Shown: positions 50,746 to 61,550, counted from the first letter of the stretch. The stretch is 64,000 nucleotides of DNA from an uncultured Phycisphaerales bacterium (GCA_963755915.1 CAVWLP010000002.1:480001-544000), one strand, 5' to 3'. The notes: generated from the sequence alone by a model not told the origin. Numbers and translations are program-made.

Positions 50746-51807
50746 TTATTCCGGCAGCAGGACGCAATCGGCCGAGTCGATCTCAAGATTCACATTTCCC
50801 GCCAGATTCAGCACTGGGGGCGAAGCGCTGACGCGCAGCCGATTCCGGCCGACTTCCACGACGTGCTCCGACATCTCGCCCAGGAAAGTCGTCTCCAGCA
50901 TCGCTCCGCTGATGCGATTGTCGGAGCCGTTTACGGGCGATGCACCTGTCACGATACGAATGCGCTCCGGCCGGATGCTTACTATCACGACGCGTTTTTC
51001 CTCGGCGCCGTTGGCCGCGGCCGAAAGTGTTCCCGCGCCGGTCCGCACGCGGGCGATTCCGTTCGACACCCCTTCAACCTCGCCGCTGAGGAGATTCGCC
51101 TGCCCGATGAAATCGGCCACGAAGCTGGTCCGCGGCTTGTAGTAAAGATCGGCCGGCGTCCCTATCTGCACGATTCGCCCGTCTTTCATGAGCGCGATCC
51201 GATCGGCGATCGACAGCGCCTCCTTCTGGTCGTGGGTCACATAAATCGTCGTGTATCCGGCCGACTTGCAGATCCGCCGAATCTCACTGCGCATCTCATT
51301 TCGCAGCTTGGCGTCGAGGTTCGACAGCGGCTCGTCCAGCAGCAAACACTTGGGCCCCACGGCCATCGCGCGGGCCAGCGCCGCCCGCTGCTGCTGTCCG
51401 CCCGAAAGGGCGTTGGGCTTGCGCTGGGCATACTGCTCTAGCTGCACGAGCCGCAGGGCATCGGTCACGCGATGCTCGACGCGACTGGGATTCTGGCCCG
51501 GCAGGGTCAGCCCAAACGCCACGTTTTGATAGACCGTCATGTGCGGCCAGATCGCGTAATTCTGAAAACACATGACCGCGCTGCGCTGCTCGGTCGCCAG
51601 CTTTGTGACATCCTTTTCATCGAAAAAAATTCGCCCTGACGTGGGCTCGAGCAGCCCGGCGATGATCCGCAGGAGCGTGCTCTTTCCGCAGCCGCTGGGG
51701 CCGAGCAGAAACAGCAGCTCCCCCGATTCGACGCGGAGATTGATCTGATCGAGCGCCACCGTCGAACCAAACGTCTTGCCAATCTGAACCAGATCAACGC
51801 GCGTCAT
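50746..51807 (-). CDS. ABC ATP-binding subunit (FbpC/PotA-like)
   Basis: GPSGCGKST, LSGGQQQR, LLLDEP, VTHDQ, TOBE-like C-terminus. Confidence 0.95.
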   Translation of the reverse strand: MTRVDLVQIGKTFGSTVALDQINLRVESGELLFLLGPSGCGKSTLLRIIAGLLEPTSGRIFFDEKDVTKLATEQRSAVMCFQNYAIWPHMTVYQNVAFGLTLPGQNPSRVEHRVTDALRLVQLEQYAQRKPNALSGGQQQRAALARAMAVGPKCLLLDEPLSNLDAKLRNEMRSEIRRICKSAGYTTIYVTHDQKEALSIADRIALMKDGRIVQIGTPADLYYKPRTSFVADFIGQANLLSGEVEGVSNGIARVRTGAGTLSAAANGAEEKRVVIVSIRPERIRIVTGASPVNGSDNRISGAMLETTFLGEMSEHVVEVGRNRLRVSASPPVLNLAGNVNLEIDSADCVLLPE

Positions 51808-51855
51808 CGTCGAGTGGCGATTGTAATCGGGATTGTTGGGATAACGTAAACCCCC

Positions 51856-52254
51856 TCACTGAATCTCATCCAGATTCCGCGCAATCTGGCTTCCATCCTG
51901 GAGCGTCGAGAAGTCGGGCGGCTGATCGGGCGCGGGCAAAATCGACTGCTTGGCCTCGCGATGAAACCGAATCAGCAGGCGCAGAAGCGCAGGAATTGCC
52001 AGCGCGATCAGCAGAATGATGCAAACAATATAGAAGGCCGGCAGCAAGGTTCCCCGCAGCGAAAACGGCGTTGGCCAATTACGCACCGTTTCAAATATCA
52101 ACTCGGCAATCCCCACTACGCAGACGCACAGGCCGATGAAGCAATAGGACCGCGTGCGAATCGCCGCCCGGCGCAGCGCTGCCATCTGGCGGATCCGATT
52201 GGAATTCAGATGATCGTCGGCCCCGCCGGTGTGGGGCTCTTCCGCTTCGCTCAT
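51856..52254 (-). CDS. Hypothetical two-TM membrane protein
   Basis: ORF with two hydrophobic segments, co-oriented with neighbours. Confidence 0.65.
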   Translation of the reverse strand: MSEAEEPHTGGADDHLNSNRIRQMAALRRAAIRTRSYCFIGLCVCVVGIAELIFETVRNWPTPFSLRGTLLPAFYIVCIILLIALAIPALLRLLIRFHREAKQSILPAPDQPPDFSTLQDGSQIARNLDEIQ

Positions 52255-52300
52255 TGCCCGCAATTATACGCCCGAAAACCTACAGCCCCATGGTCTTGGA

Positions 52301-52331
52301 AAGCGCTCCCCTTCGGGTCGCGGCTAAACGG
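52301..52331. repeat. Dispersed REP-like repeat; second copy at about 59750-59780
   Basis: AAGCGCT(C/T)CCCTTCGGGTCGCGGCTAAACGG at both sites. Confidence 0.8.
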
Positions 52332-52469
52332 GGATCCTTGTGTTGCTGAATCGTGGTTGCGCGTTCAGATTCGCTTGAACGCAGCCAGAACCGCTTGCTT
52401 TATACCGAGATTCTAGAATTGTTCGGATTGCTCGAATGATGCCTGTGCTCAATTATACGCCGGAAAATT

Positions 52470-53368
52470 TTACAGCCCCATGGCCTTGGCCATCGTGAGG
52501 CCGATGGTCGCCGGGCTATCGGCCACGGCAATGTTCGCCGCCTTCATCGCGGCGATCTTGGATTCCGCCGTCCCCTCCCCGCCGCTGATGATCGCGCCGG
52601 CGTGCCCCATCCGCCGGCCCGGGGCGCCGTGCGCCCCGCGATAAATGCCGCTACGGGCTTTCTTACATTCTGTTTCACAAAGGCCGCCGCCGCCTCCTCG
52701 TCCGTTCCGCCGATCTCGCCGATCACAATGATCCCATCCGTCTGCGGATCCTTGCCAAACAATTCCAGCAGCTCGATGAAATTCAGGCCCTTTACCGGAT
52801 CTCCCCCGATCCCCACGCAGGTCGTCTGCCCGATCCCGCGCGTGCTGCACTGCCAGACCGCCTCATACGTCAGCGTGCCGCTGCGGCTGATGATCCCCAC
52901 GCTCTTGCCGCTTTTGGCATCTTTGGGCGGGGTGTGAATGTATCCTGGCATAATCCCAATTTTGCACTCCCCGGCGGTGATAATCCCCGGACAGTTCGGC
53001 CCGATCAGTCGACTTGACGGCCGATCCTTCAAATAGGCCTTCACCTTCACCATGTCCAAAACCGGAATCCCCTCGGTGATGGCCACGATGGTCGCGATCC
53101 CGGCATCCGCGGCTTCCATGATGGCATCGGCCGCGAACGGCGGTGGCACAAAAATCATCGATGCATCCGCCCCGGTCGCCGAGACCGCCTGGTGCACGGT
53201 GTCGAACACTGGAAGGCCATTGCTCTCCTTCGTTCCGCCTTTCCCCGGCGTTACGCCGCCCACCATCTTGGTTCCGTAATCCAGACACCCCTTGGTATGA
53301 AAGGCCCCGGCCGATCCGGTAATCCCCTGGCAAATGACCCGTGTTTTCGCGCTGACAAGAATGCTCAT
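52470..53368 (-). CDS. sucD: Succinyl-CoA ligase alpha subunit; frameshift near 52620
   Basis: [53 protein letters not shown]. Confidence 0.96.
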
Positions 53369-53653
53369 GTGAACTTAATTCCCTGAAAACCGGGGTGAGA
53401 GACTATCGGGAAGCGAACTCGATTGCAAAATCACTCCCGTTTGTCGGGGTTTTGAGGCTCTGATAGGCTTGAAATGCTGCGTAGATCAATGAACGGCTTC
53501 GCGAACAATTCCCCCGCATTTCCCCCTCTCCCAGTAATCTGGGACAGGGTTGGGGTGAGGGCAGACAAAAACCTCGGCGCGCACACGGCCCTCACCCGCG
53601 CGGGCTGCGCCCGCTTGCCCGCTCCCAGAGTACTGGGAGAGGGGAAGATCGCG

Positions 53654-54565
53654 ATGCGCTGCATCGTTGGATTGTTTTTTCTCCTGACGGCAATGGGTTC
53701 CCGCTGCCGCGGCCAAATCTCCACCACCCGCCCCTGGCCCGGCATCACGATCGATCGCTTTATCGAAACCAATCCCCCCACCCGATATTTCATCGTCACC
53801 ATCGACCTCACCAACCCGCGCATCCACCTCAAAGTCTCGCGCGGCAGCGGCAACGCGAAAATCGCCCCGCCCTGGGAAACCTCCCTCCTGCCCGTCGCCC
53901 AGATGGCTCAGCGCGACGGCCTGACGCTCGCGGTGAACGGAAACCTCTTCGCATCTAAAAACGCGATCCCCATCCTCGGCCACGAGGACCCCTATTTCCT
54001 GGGCAACTGGGCCCGCTGCTGCGGCTGGGCAATGTCTGACGGCAACCTCTATTCTCTGACCCCCATCGAACAAGACTGGCCCAGCCTCGTCGTTTCCGAT
54101 CGCGGCGCCGTATCCATCGGCCGATTTGCCCGGCTTCCCGATGACGCCCGCCAAGTCGTCTCCGGCGTGTGGCAGATCGTGACCGACGGCCAAATCTCCG
54201 CACCCCCCGATTCCAACCAAACCGCCGCGGGCAAACCCGTCCCCCACACCGTCGCCGGGATCGACCGCGCCGGCAACACCCTCATCCTTCTCGTCGTCGA
54301 CGGGCACCGCCCCGAATATTCCCTAGGCATGGGCTGCCATCGCATGGCCGAAGAAATGCTCGCCCGAAACGCATTCAACGCCATGGTCCTCGACGGCGGC
54401 GGCAGCACCACCCTCGTCCTCCGCGACCTGCATGGAAACGTCAACGTCATCAATCACCCCAGCGATGGTTACCAACTTCCCGTCCCCCTCTCGATCCCGC
54501 GCTGCGTCGCCAACGCCCTGGGAGTGATCGTCGACGGGGCACCCACCGCCCCAACTAAACCATGA
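53654..54565 (+). CDS. Phosphodiester glycosidase (NAGPA/DUF2233) family, exported
   Basis: AVNG..F, P.T..G, LVVDG, S.GM, A..LDGGGST. Confidence 0.85.
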   Translation: MRCIVGLFFLLTAMGSRCRGQISTTRPWPGITIDRFIETNPPTRYFIVTIDLTNPRIHLKVSRGSGNAKIAPPWETSLLPVAQMAQRDGLTLAVNGNLFASKNAIPILGHEDPYFLGNWARCCGWAMSDGNLYSLTPIEQDWPSLVVSDRGAVSIGRFARLPDDARQVVSGVWQIVTDGQISAPPDSNQTAAGKPVPHTVAGIDRAGNTLILLVVDGHRPEYSLGMGCHRMAEEMLARNAFNAMVLDGGGSTTLVLRDLHGNVNVINHPSDGYQLPVPLSIPRCVANALGVIVDGAPTAPTKP

Positions 54566-56016
54566 CCGCCCAAACTGCGACGCAACATTCACGCGCATTG
54601 AATCAATTCGTCGGCTGGACGGCCGCGCTGCTTTCCCTCGCCTTTGTGATTCGAACCGGGGTCGCCTGGAAAACCTATCACCACATCGACCCCACGTCCG
54701 GCGTCTGGGCCGCCGCCGCGCTCGACGCCCGCGACGGTACGCTCTATCGCCCGATCGAATCCCCGCTTGGCTACGGCGGTTCGCGCTATGCTCCGCTGCA
54801 CATCGTCCTGCAAGCCACGCTCATGCGCGCCGCGCTCGGCCCCGTCGCCGCGGGCTACGCGCTCGACGTTCTGGCAATCCTCGCCCTCGTCGCGGGAATC
54901 TATGCGCTGCTGCGCGAGCTCGAATCCCCGCCGCTGATTTGCGCGGCCATGGCCGCCTTCGCCCTCTCCGCCTATTGCTACTGCACCACCGCCGGCGGAA
55001 TGAAAGGCGATCTGCTCGCCGTCGCCCCAAGCATCTGCGGCCTCGCCGCCGTCGTCGCTTCGCAGCGCCGCCGAAAAACGAGCCTGATCCTCCTCGCCGC
55101 CATTTGCTTCGCGCTGGCACTCTCGGCAAAACTCACCAGCATTTTTGGCATCGCCGCCTCCCTCATCTGGCTCGCCCTGCAAAAAAAATGGAAGCCCGCG
55201 CTGATCCTCGCCTTCCTTTGGCTCATCCTGATCATCCTCGCCGCCGGGGCAACCCAGTGGGCCAGCGACGACCGCGCCTTAAGAATCTTCCAGCTCTGCG
55301 CCGCCGGGGGCGGCGGGCTTCGCCAGCTTGTCCAGGGCCCGCATCGCCTCGTTTCCGACGCCATCCACGCGGACCGATTCTTCACGCTCTTCTGGCTCCT
55401 CGCCGCCGCCCTGATCCTCCTGGAACGCAACTGGAAATCTCTCTCCACGATCCTTTTCATCCTGGCCACACTCGGAACGGTCGCCATCTACGGTTCACCC
55501 GGCACGAGCGCCAATCACCTCGTCGATCTCCAGGCCGCCTCCGTCATCGTCATCGGGACTGCCCGGAGATTTCCGCGCTGCGCAACCATTGCCGCGACGA
55601 TCCTCGCGCTCGTCGCGACGGTCAATCATCTCGCCATGACGGTCCGCATCGCCCGCGAAAATCGTCACGGCGACATGATCGCCGCCCTTCACGACGCCGA
55701 CCGCGCGCAAAATTCCGGTCCCCTCCTCGCCGAGAACCCCATTCTCCCCATCATTGACGGCCAGCGTCCCTACATGCTCGACTCCTTCATGTTCCGCACC
55801 CTCTGGCGTCGCAACCCCCAAATCGCCGAGCGATTTTGGAACGACATCTCCTCCCACTATTTCCGTGCCGTCATCCTTGCCGCGCCACCGACCGATCCCA
55901 CCCGATTTACCGACGAAGGAAACTTCGGGCCCGGGTTCATGCAGCTCCTTGAACGCAATTACATATTGACCTCCGTTCATGGCGAAAATTGGGTATATTT
56001 GCCGAAGCCCCGATAA
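54562..56016 (+). CDS. GT-C-type polytopic membrane protein
   Basis: G.LYRP....GYGG.RY.PL, K.DL, K.TS; ATGA overlap with upstream gene. Confidence 0.65.
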   Translation: MTAQTATQHSRALNQFVGWTAALLSLAFVIRTGVAWKTYHHIDPTSGVWAAAALDARDGTLYRPIESPLGYGGSRYAPLHIVLQATLMRAALGPVAAGYALDVLAILALVAGIYALLRELESPPLICAAMAAFALSAYCYCTTAGGMKGDLLAVAPSICGLAAVVASQRRRKTSLILLAAICFALALSAKLTSIFGIAASLIWLALQKKWKPALILAFLWLILIILAAGATQWASDDRALRIFQLCAAGGGGLRQLVQGPHRLVSDAIHADRFFTLFWLLAAALILLERNWKSLSTILFILATLGTVAIYGSPGTSANHLVDLQAASVIVIGTARRFPRCATIAATILALVATVNHLAMTVRIARENRHGDMIAALHDADRAQNSGPLLAENPILPIIDGQRPYMLDSFMFRTLWRRNPQIAERFWNDISSHYFRAVILAAPPTDPTRFTDEGNFGPGFMQLLERNYILTSVHGENWVYLPKPR

Positions 56017-56106
56017 TTCGCCGATATCCAATTCAATGAGCAACTGCCAGAAAATCCTCTTCGGCCGCGATCCACAGGGGGACGCGTTTTATGATCGCAC
56101 CTGACG

Positions 56107-57594
56107 ATGGCAGCACAGTCGCTCCATCCCCCACGCCCAATCACAACTCCCGCGCCCTATCCTTGCGCTCCTGCTGATCACCTCCGCCCTGGTCGTCATC
56201 GGCTGCCTCGCCCGGCAATTCGTCTCCTGGCGTAACTATGGCGACCTCGAAAGCGAAGGGGGAATGTGGACGACCCTCGCCCTCGACGCCGCCAGCGGCG
56301 TCATCTATCGCCCGATCTTCTCACCCCTGGGCTACGGGGGCACCCGGTACGGCCCGCTCCATTTCCTGATCCACGCCGCCTTCCTCAAAGCGGGGGCGGC
56401 GCCCATCCCCACCGGGTTCCTGATGGGGATCGCCTGTGCCCTGGTCACCCTCGCGGGCATCTACGTCCTCATGCGCAAGCTGCAAACGCCCCGTTCTCTG
56501 GCCATCCCCCTCACCACATTTTTCCTCGCCGCCTTCTGCGTTCGCTCCGGCATTCTCAGCATCAAAGCCGATCTTCTTGCCGCGGGACTAGACGTATGGG
56601 GCCTTATCGTTGCTTTCCCCCTCGGTGATTCCAATCCTCAGAAATCCAACTGGCCTCGCGCCGTCCTCGCGGCGATCTGTTTCGCCCTGGCGGTTGCCAC
56701 CAAGATCACCAGCCTTTTCGGGATTTGCACGATCGTCACCTGGCTGCTGCTGCGCCGCGACTTTAAAAACGCCGCGCGGGTGCTGATTATTTTTCTCCTT
56801 GCCGTCGCGGGGATCGTCACCGCCGTGCAATTCGCCAGCGCGGGCGCCTCAGCCACATCTTCCTCCTCAGCGCATCGGCCAACAGCGGCATCGCCCGTTT
56901 TCTCGAGGCCCCCTACCATTTCCTCCACGCCACCGTCATCCGCGACCGCGCCGTTGGCGCCTTCTGGCTCGCCGCCATCGTCGCGCTCCTCTACCGCCCC
57001 CACTGGAACTCGCTGCCCACAATCCTCATGGGATACTCCACCCTCGGCACGGTCGCCATCTTCGGAACTCACGGCACGGACATGAACCACCTCATGGACC
57101 TGCAAATCGCCTCGCTCATCGTCCTCGCCGTCCAATGCCGCTCGGGGAACTTCGCCCGCTGGATTCTCGTTTTCGTCGTGGTCATCTCCCTCCACGCCGC
57201 CCACTCCTGCGTCAACGACATCAACCTCATGCGAACCGAACGCAATCGCCACTGCCTGCTCGCCTGCCTGTCAGACACGGAAAAGTCGTTTGTGAACGGC
57301 CCCATCTTCTCGGACAACCCCACGATCCCCATCCTCGCCGGCGAGCGCCCCTTTATGCTCGACTGCATGATCTTCAGTGCCATCGACGTTCGCCACCCCC
57401 AGACCCAGGAGGCGTTAATCTCGGACCTGACTCGGCAACATTTCCGGGCCGTGATCGTGAATCTTGACCTGACCCACAATACGATATCCACGCCGACCGA
57501 TCCCTGGCCGGGAATTTTGGACATCATGAAGACGAAATATCAACTCGCCGACACGCAGGACCGAAATCAGGTGTATCTGCCCAGGATGCCATAA
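56107..57594 (+). CDS. Paralogous GT-C-type membrane protein; frameshifts near 56150 and 56850
   Basis: Shares YRPI.SPLGYGG.RY.PLH, K.DLL, K.TS.FG, GT..NHL.DLQ, NP..PI..G.RP.MLD with the upstream gene. Confidence 0.65.
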
Positions 57595-57606
57595 CGCCAC
57601 CCGCGC

Positions 57607-58755
57607 ATGCACGACCCCTCCCCGCAAAACCCACCGGCTCCCGAAGTGTCGCTGATCGTCCCCACGATCAACGAATCCGAAAACCTGCCCGCGCTTCTGG
57701 AGGGCATCAGCAAAGCGCTCGCCGGGACCAGCTTCGAAGTGATCATCGTCGACGACAACAGCAAAGACGCCACCCCGCAGGTCTGCGCAGAACTCGCCAA
57801 AACATATCCCCTGAAACTGCTCGTCCGTACGCACCCCGCCAACGGGTTAAGCGGCGCCGTTCTGCACGGCATGGCCCAGGCGCGGGGCCAATACCTTGCC
57901 GTCATGGACGCCGACCTTCAGCACCCGCCCGAAAAACTCCCCGAGCTCATCGCGCCACTGCGCAGCGGCGAGGCGGATTTCGTCCTCGGCTCCCGCTACA
58001 TGCCCGGCGGCAGCACCGCCAACGAGTGGGGGCTGCTGCGAAAAATGAATTCCCGGCTCGCCACCCTCTTCGCCCGGCCGATCGCCGGCAAAATTGCCGA
58101 CCCGATGGCGGGGTTCTTTGCGCTCAAGCGTGAAAGCTACGCCAATGCGCAGAACCTCACGCCGCTGGGGTACAAGATCGCGCTGGAGCTGATGTGCAAA
58201 TGCCGCGTCAAATCGATCCGCGAGATCCCCATCCATTTCGCGTTGCGAACCCGCGGGGAATCGAAGCTCTCCCTCAAACAACAGTTCAAATATCTCGAGC
58301 ATCTTAGCCGGCTCTACGATTTCAAATATCCTCGGGCCTCCCCGGTGACGAAGTTCCTGATCGCAACGGGAGCTGCCTGGTTCGTTGGGGCGGCCTGCTT
58401 CTTCATTCTGACTTTGCTGGGCCAGGGTTCAATCGCTTCGATCGCCCTCTCCTACCTGGCCGCGCTGCTGGTGACGGCCGTCTTTCACATCCGCTACGTC
58501 CGGACGCAGCGGGAATTCCTGGCGAGACAAACCCCCTGGCTCGATTTCGCGGTGATCTCCAGCGCCGAATGGCTCGCCGCGGTTCTCGCCGCCTATTGGA
58601 TCACTCGCCGGGTCGTCGGCGCAACCGCAACCGAAACCTTTATCCTCTGCTTCGTCTGCGGAACGCTGGCCCGCTATGTCCTCCGCAAGGAATTTTTGCA
58701 GGACATTCGCGGGCTGCGAAAAAATCTGCCCCGGGAAGCGGAATTAAAGCGCTGA
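57607..58755 (+). CDS. Polyprenol-phosphate-mannose synthase-like GT2 with C-terminal 4-TM (GtrA-like) domain
   Basis: VPT.NE..N, VDDNS.D.T, GLSGAV..G, MDADLQHPPE, GSRY..GG, DPM.GFF, GYKI.LE, R..GESKL. Confidence 0.88.
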   Translation: MHDPSPQNPPAPEVSLIVPTINESENLPALLEGISKALAGTSFEVIIVDDNSKDATPQVCAELAKTYPLKLLVRTHPANGLSGAVLHGMAQARGQYLAVMDADLQHPPEKLPELIAPLRSGEADFVLGSRYMPGGSTANEWGLLRKMNSRLATLFARPIAGKIADPMAGFFALKRESYANAQNLTPLGYKIALELMCKCRVKSIREIPIHFALRTRGESKLSLKQQFKYLEHLSRLYDFKYPRASPVTKFLIATGAAWFVGAACFFILTLLGQGSIASIALSYLAALLVTAVFHIRYVRTQREFLARQTPWLDFAVISSAEWLAAVLAAYWITRRVVGATATETFILCFVCGTLARYVLRKEFLQDIRGLRKNLPREAELKR

Positions 58756-58838
58756 GCCTGTACCATCTGATTTTCATCTGATTTCCATCTGTGGCAAACA
58801 TTCCTCTTCTCAACGCACTCTGCGATAAATAGTCCGGA

Positions 58839-59717
58839 CTAAAGATGCCCCGTCCGATCTGCCGCGCCGGTGTCACTGACCTGCGGCACCGTCACAATCG
58901 CGGTCCCATCGTACAACTGGGAAACCGGCGTAAACGGCTGCATTTTCCTCAGGACCTTTTGGCGCTGCCGGTCCAGGACGACGATGAGAATCGCGTCGCA
59001 GTCCGCCGGGGCGCCGTTAAAACTCCAGTTGCCATCCGAATCGGTGCGAATCACATCCTGGTGCTCGTTGCCGACAATGGCGGCGATCATTTCGTGCGGA
59101 TTGGCAAACTTCTTCCTGAACCTCAGCCCGACGATATCGCCGCCGATCCCCTGCCCGGCTTCATTTACAAGCTTTCCGGCGACGCGCACGCCCTGCTCCA
59201 TCTCGATGGTGTATGTCGCGGGGAGTATGCCATCGTTGAGCGATGGCATGCCGCTCATCCAGAGCAAGCGCTTGGCCACATAGCCGCGGCCGCGGAGGCG
59301 TATGTTGAAACTTTTCGGATGATTGTCCGCCGGCAACGGCACGCGGGCATGTCCGCCGGCTTGTGTCCTCCCGGACCAACCGCCGGGGCCGGTCACTTCA
59401 ACTGTCAGGCCCAATATGGGTTGTCCGGTCTTCTGATCGACCGCCAGCAAATCCATCATTGGCCGGGTCTGGGCGGGGCCGGCCGCCGGCAGTTGCGCTG
59501 GAGCGGCGGTGGATTGCTGAGGTTGAGAGGCGCCGCCTGGCGTCGCGGAAGATGAATTGGCTGTCCCGGCGCCGGCAGAGCTGCTCGAAACCGGGTCATT
59601 TCCGAAGTAAAGATTCGCCGCGAGGTATAGCCCGAAGGGGACGAGGGCGCTCAGCAGGACCACGAGGGCAATGATGCCCAGGGCCTTCGGTCCTCTGGTG
59701 TGCCCAAAGAGGTGCAT
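58839..59717 (-). CDS. Membrane-anchored hypothetical protein, carboxypeptidase-regulatory-like domain
   Basis: N-terminal TM, Ser/Ala/Pro linker, VD..TG.PI.G..V, G...N..G..I, TD.DG.W.F. Confidence 0.6.
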   Translation of the reverse strand: MHLFGHTRGPKALGIIALVVLLSALVPFGLYLAANLYFGNDPVSSSSAGAGTANSSSATPGGASQPQQSTAAPAQLPAAGPAQTRPMMDLLAVDQKTGQPILGLTVEVTGPGGWSGRTQAGGHARVPLPADNHPKSFNIRLRGRGYVAKRLLWMSGMPSLNDGILPATYTIEMEQGVRVAGKLVNEAGQGIGGDIVGLRFRKKFANPHEMIAAIVGNEHQDVIRTDSDGNWSFNGAPADCDAILIVVLDRQRQKVLRKMQPFTPVSQLYDGTAIVTVPQVSDTGAADRTGHL

Positions 59718-59821
59718 GCGTTAGATGTTACCGCATTTTGTCGTCCGGGAAGCGCTTCCCTTCGGGTCGCGGCTAAACGGAAAGGGGTGGGGTTAGGTTG
59801 TGTTGGGTTGTGATTGGGTGG

Positions 59822-60950
59822 CTACGCCATCGACAGTAGGATTTCGCACCCCTGGCGAAGTTTTTCATCCGTTGTCGCGTAGCTGATGCGGAAGTGCGTG
59901 TCCTTCTCTGAGAAGACGTTGCCCGGAATCACCAGGACATTCTTGGTGATCGCTTTGGCGACGAAGTCTGATCCCTTTTGGCCGGCGGGGGCTTTGGGGA
60001 AGACGTAGAAGGCGCCCTGCGGGCGGGCGATTTCGAACTTGCGGCTGAGTTGGTCGCAGACCATATCGCGCTTGCGGCGATACTCATCGACCGCCGCCTG
60101 CATTGGGACGTCGATTGCCTTCAGGGCGGCGTATTGGAGGGGGCTGGGGGCGCAGACGAAGGTGTACTGCTGGAGCTTGGTCATCTGGGTAATGATCGCC
60201 TCCGGTCCGGCGGCGTAGCCGAGGCGCCAGCCGGTCATCGCGTGGCTCTTGGAGAAGCCGCGAAGGACCAGGGTGCAGTCGTAGTCGCGCGGGGCTGGGC
60301 AAGCCTCGATTCAGTCCCTGGGGGGCGTCATAGAGGAACGGCTCGTAGATCTCGTCCGAGATAATCAGCAGGTCGTGCTTGCGGGCGAGGTCGACGGCGG
60401 ACTTCACCTCGGCTTCGGTCATCACGATGCCGGTGGGGTTGCTGGGGCTGTTGAGGATGAGCAGCTTGGTGTGAGGGGTGATGGCTTTCTCGACCCGGTC
60501 GGCATGGAAGCGGAAATCGGGATAGCTGTCGATGATGACCGGCTTGCCACCGACGAGGGTCAGCAGGTGCTTGTACATGACGAAGTAGGGATCGAGGAAG
60601 ATGGCTTCGTCGCCGGGGTCGATGGTGGCGAGGATGGCGAGGAGCAGGCCACCGCTGACGCCGCTGGTGATGAGGACCTCGCCGACGTCGCGGGCGAATT
60701 CGGTGGAGAGATCTTTGCGGAGCCGCTCGCGGAGCGGGGCGATGCCCTGGGTTTGCGTGTAGCGGTTATGGCCGGACTGGATCGCCTCGATGGCGGCTTG
60801 CTTGGCGATTTCAGGAACGTCGAAATCGGGCAGGCCGATGGAGAGGTTGATGGGATCGACCATCTTCGCGGCGAGGTCGAAGACCTTGCGGATTCCGGAG
60901 GCATCGACGGCCAGTGCGCGCCGCGAAAGGTAATCGCAATCACAGGGCAT
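59822..60950 (-). CDS. PLP-dependent class I/II aminotransferase; frameshift near 60285
   Basis: LSIG.PDF, Y....G...LR, NSPSNPTG, SDEIY, GFSK.HAMTGWRLGY, GAFY, R.SYA. Confidence 0.93.
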
Positions 60951-60977
60951 ATGGGGGATTGTAAATCAGGACGAAGA

Positions 60978-61313
60978 TTATTTCTTCTTCGCGGCCGGCG
61001 CGGCGGCCTTGGCGGCCGGGGCGGCGGCGGCTTTGCCCGTGGCGGGAGCGGCAGCTTTGCCGGCGGCTGGGGCGGCAGCACCACCAGCGGCGGGTGCAGC
61101 ACCCGGAGTCGCGGCGGCGCCCTCGGCGGTCTCTTCCTTGGCGGCCTTGGCGAGTTCCTGCTTGCGGTTGGCTACCTTGGGGAGGCCGAAGACGCTCTTG
61201 GAGTCGTTCCAGCGCTCTTCGTCGGTGAGCCTGACAAGGCGCTCGGTGCGGGTGAGGACGTTGCGGTGACGGATCAGGGCGTTTGCGCCTTTGAGACTGC
61301 GGTCGAGAGACAT
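60978..61313 (-). CDS. PVC-superphylum small basic (signature) protein with Ala/Lys/Pro tail
   Basis: MSLDRSLK...L.RHRNVLTR.ER...L....RW....S.FGLPKV. Confidence 0.85.
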   Translation of the reverse strand: MSLDRSLKGANALIRHRNVLTRTERLVRLTDEERWNDSKSVFGLPKVANRKQELAKAAKEETAEGAAATPGAAPAAGGAAAPAAGKAAAPATGKAAAAPAAKAAAPAAKKK

Positions 61314-61550
61314 TGAAGCACCTCTTAAAAGTCAGGTCGCGGGATAGCCGCGAGGGGGGAGGAATATATCGGAATTTGGTGGGGTATACAATATCTGGGA
61401 AATGCCCCACGGCGGCGCCGTGGGCGTCCCGGGAAGTATCAACGGGGAAATCTTGAGCGGATGCGTAAATAGGGCAAATTCCTACTCCAATTGGCACGCG
61501 GGGTGATAGGATATTTTCCTGTTGGTGAGGGTGAATTGGAGGATTAGACG

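Noticed and set aside
61491..61510. Sigma-54 promoter (TTGGCACG) before the NB-ARC gene
   Set aside because: The -12 TTGC element is absent at the required spacing.
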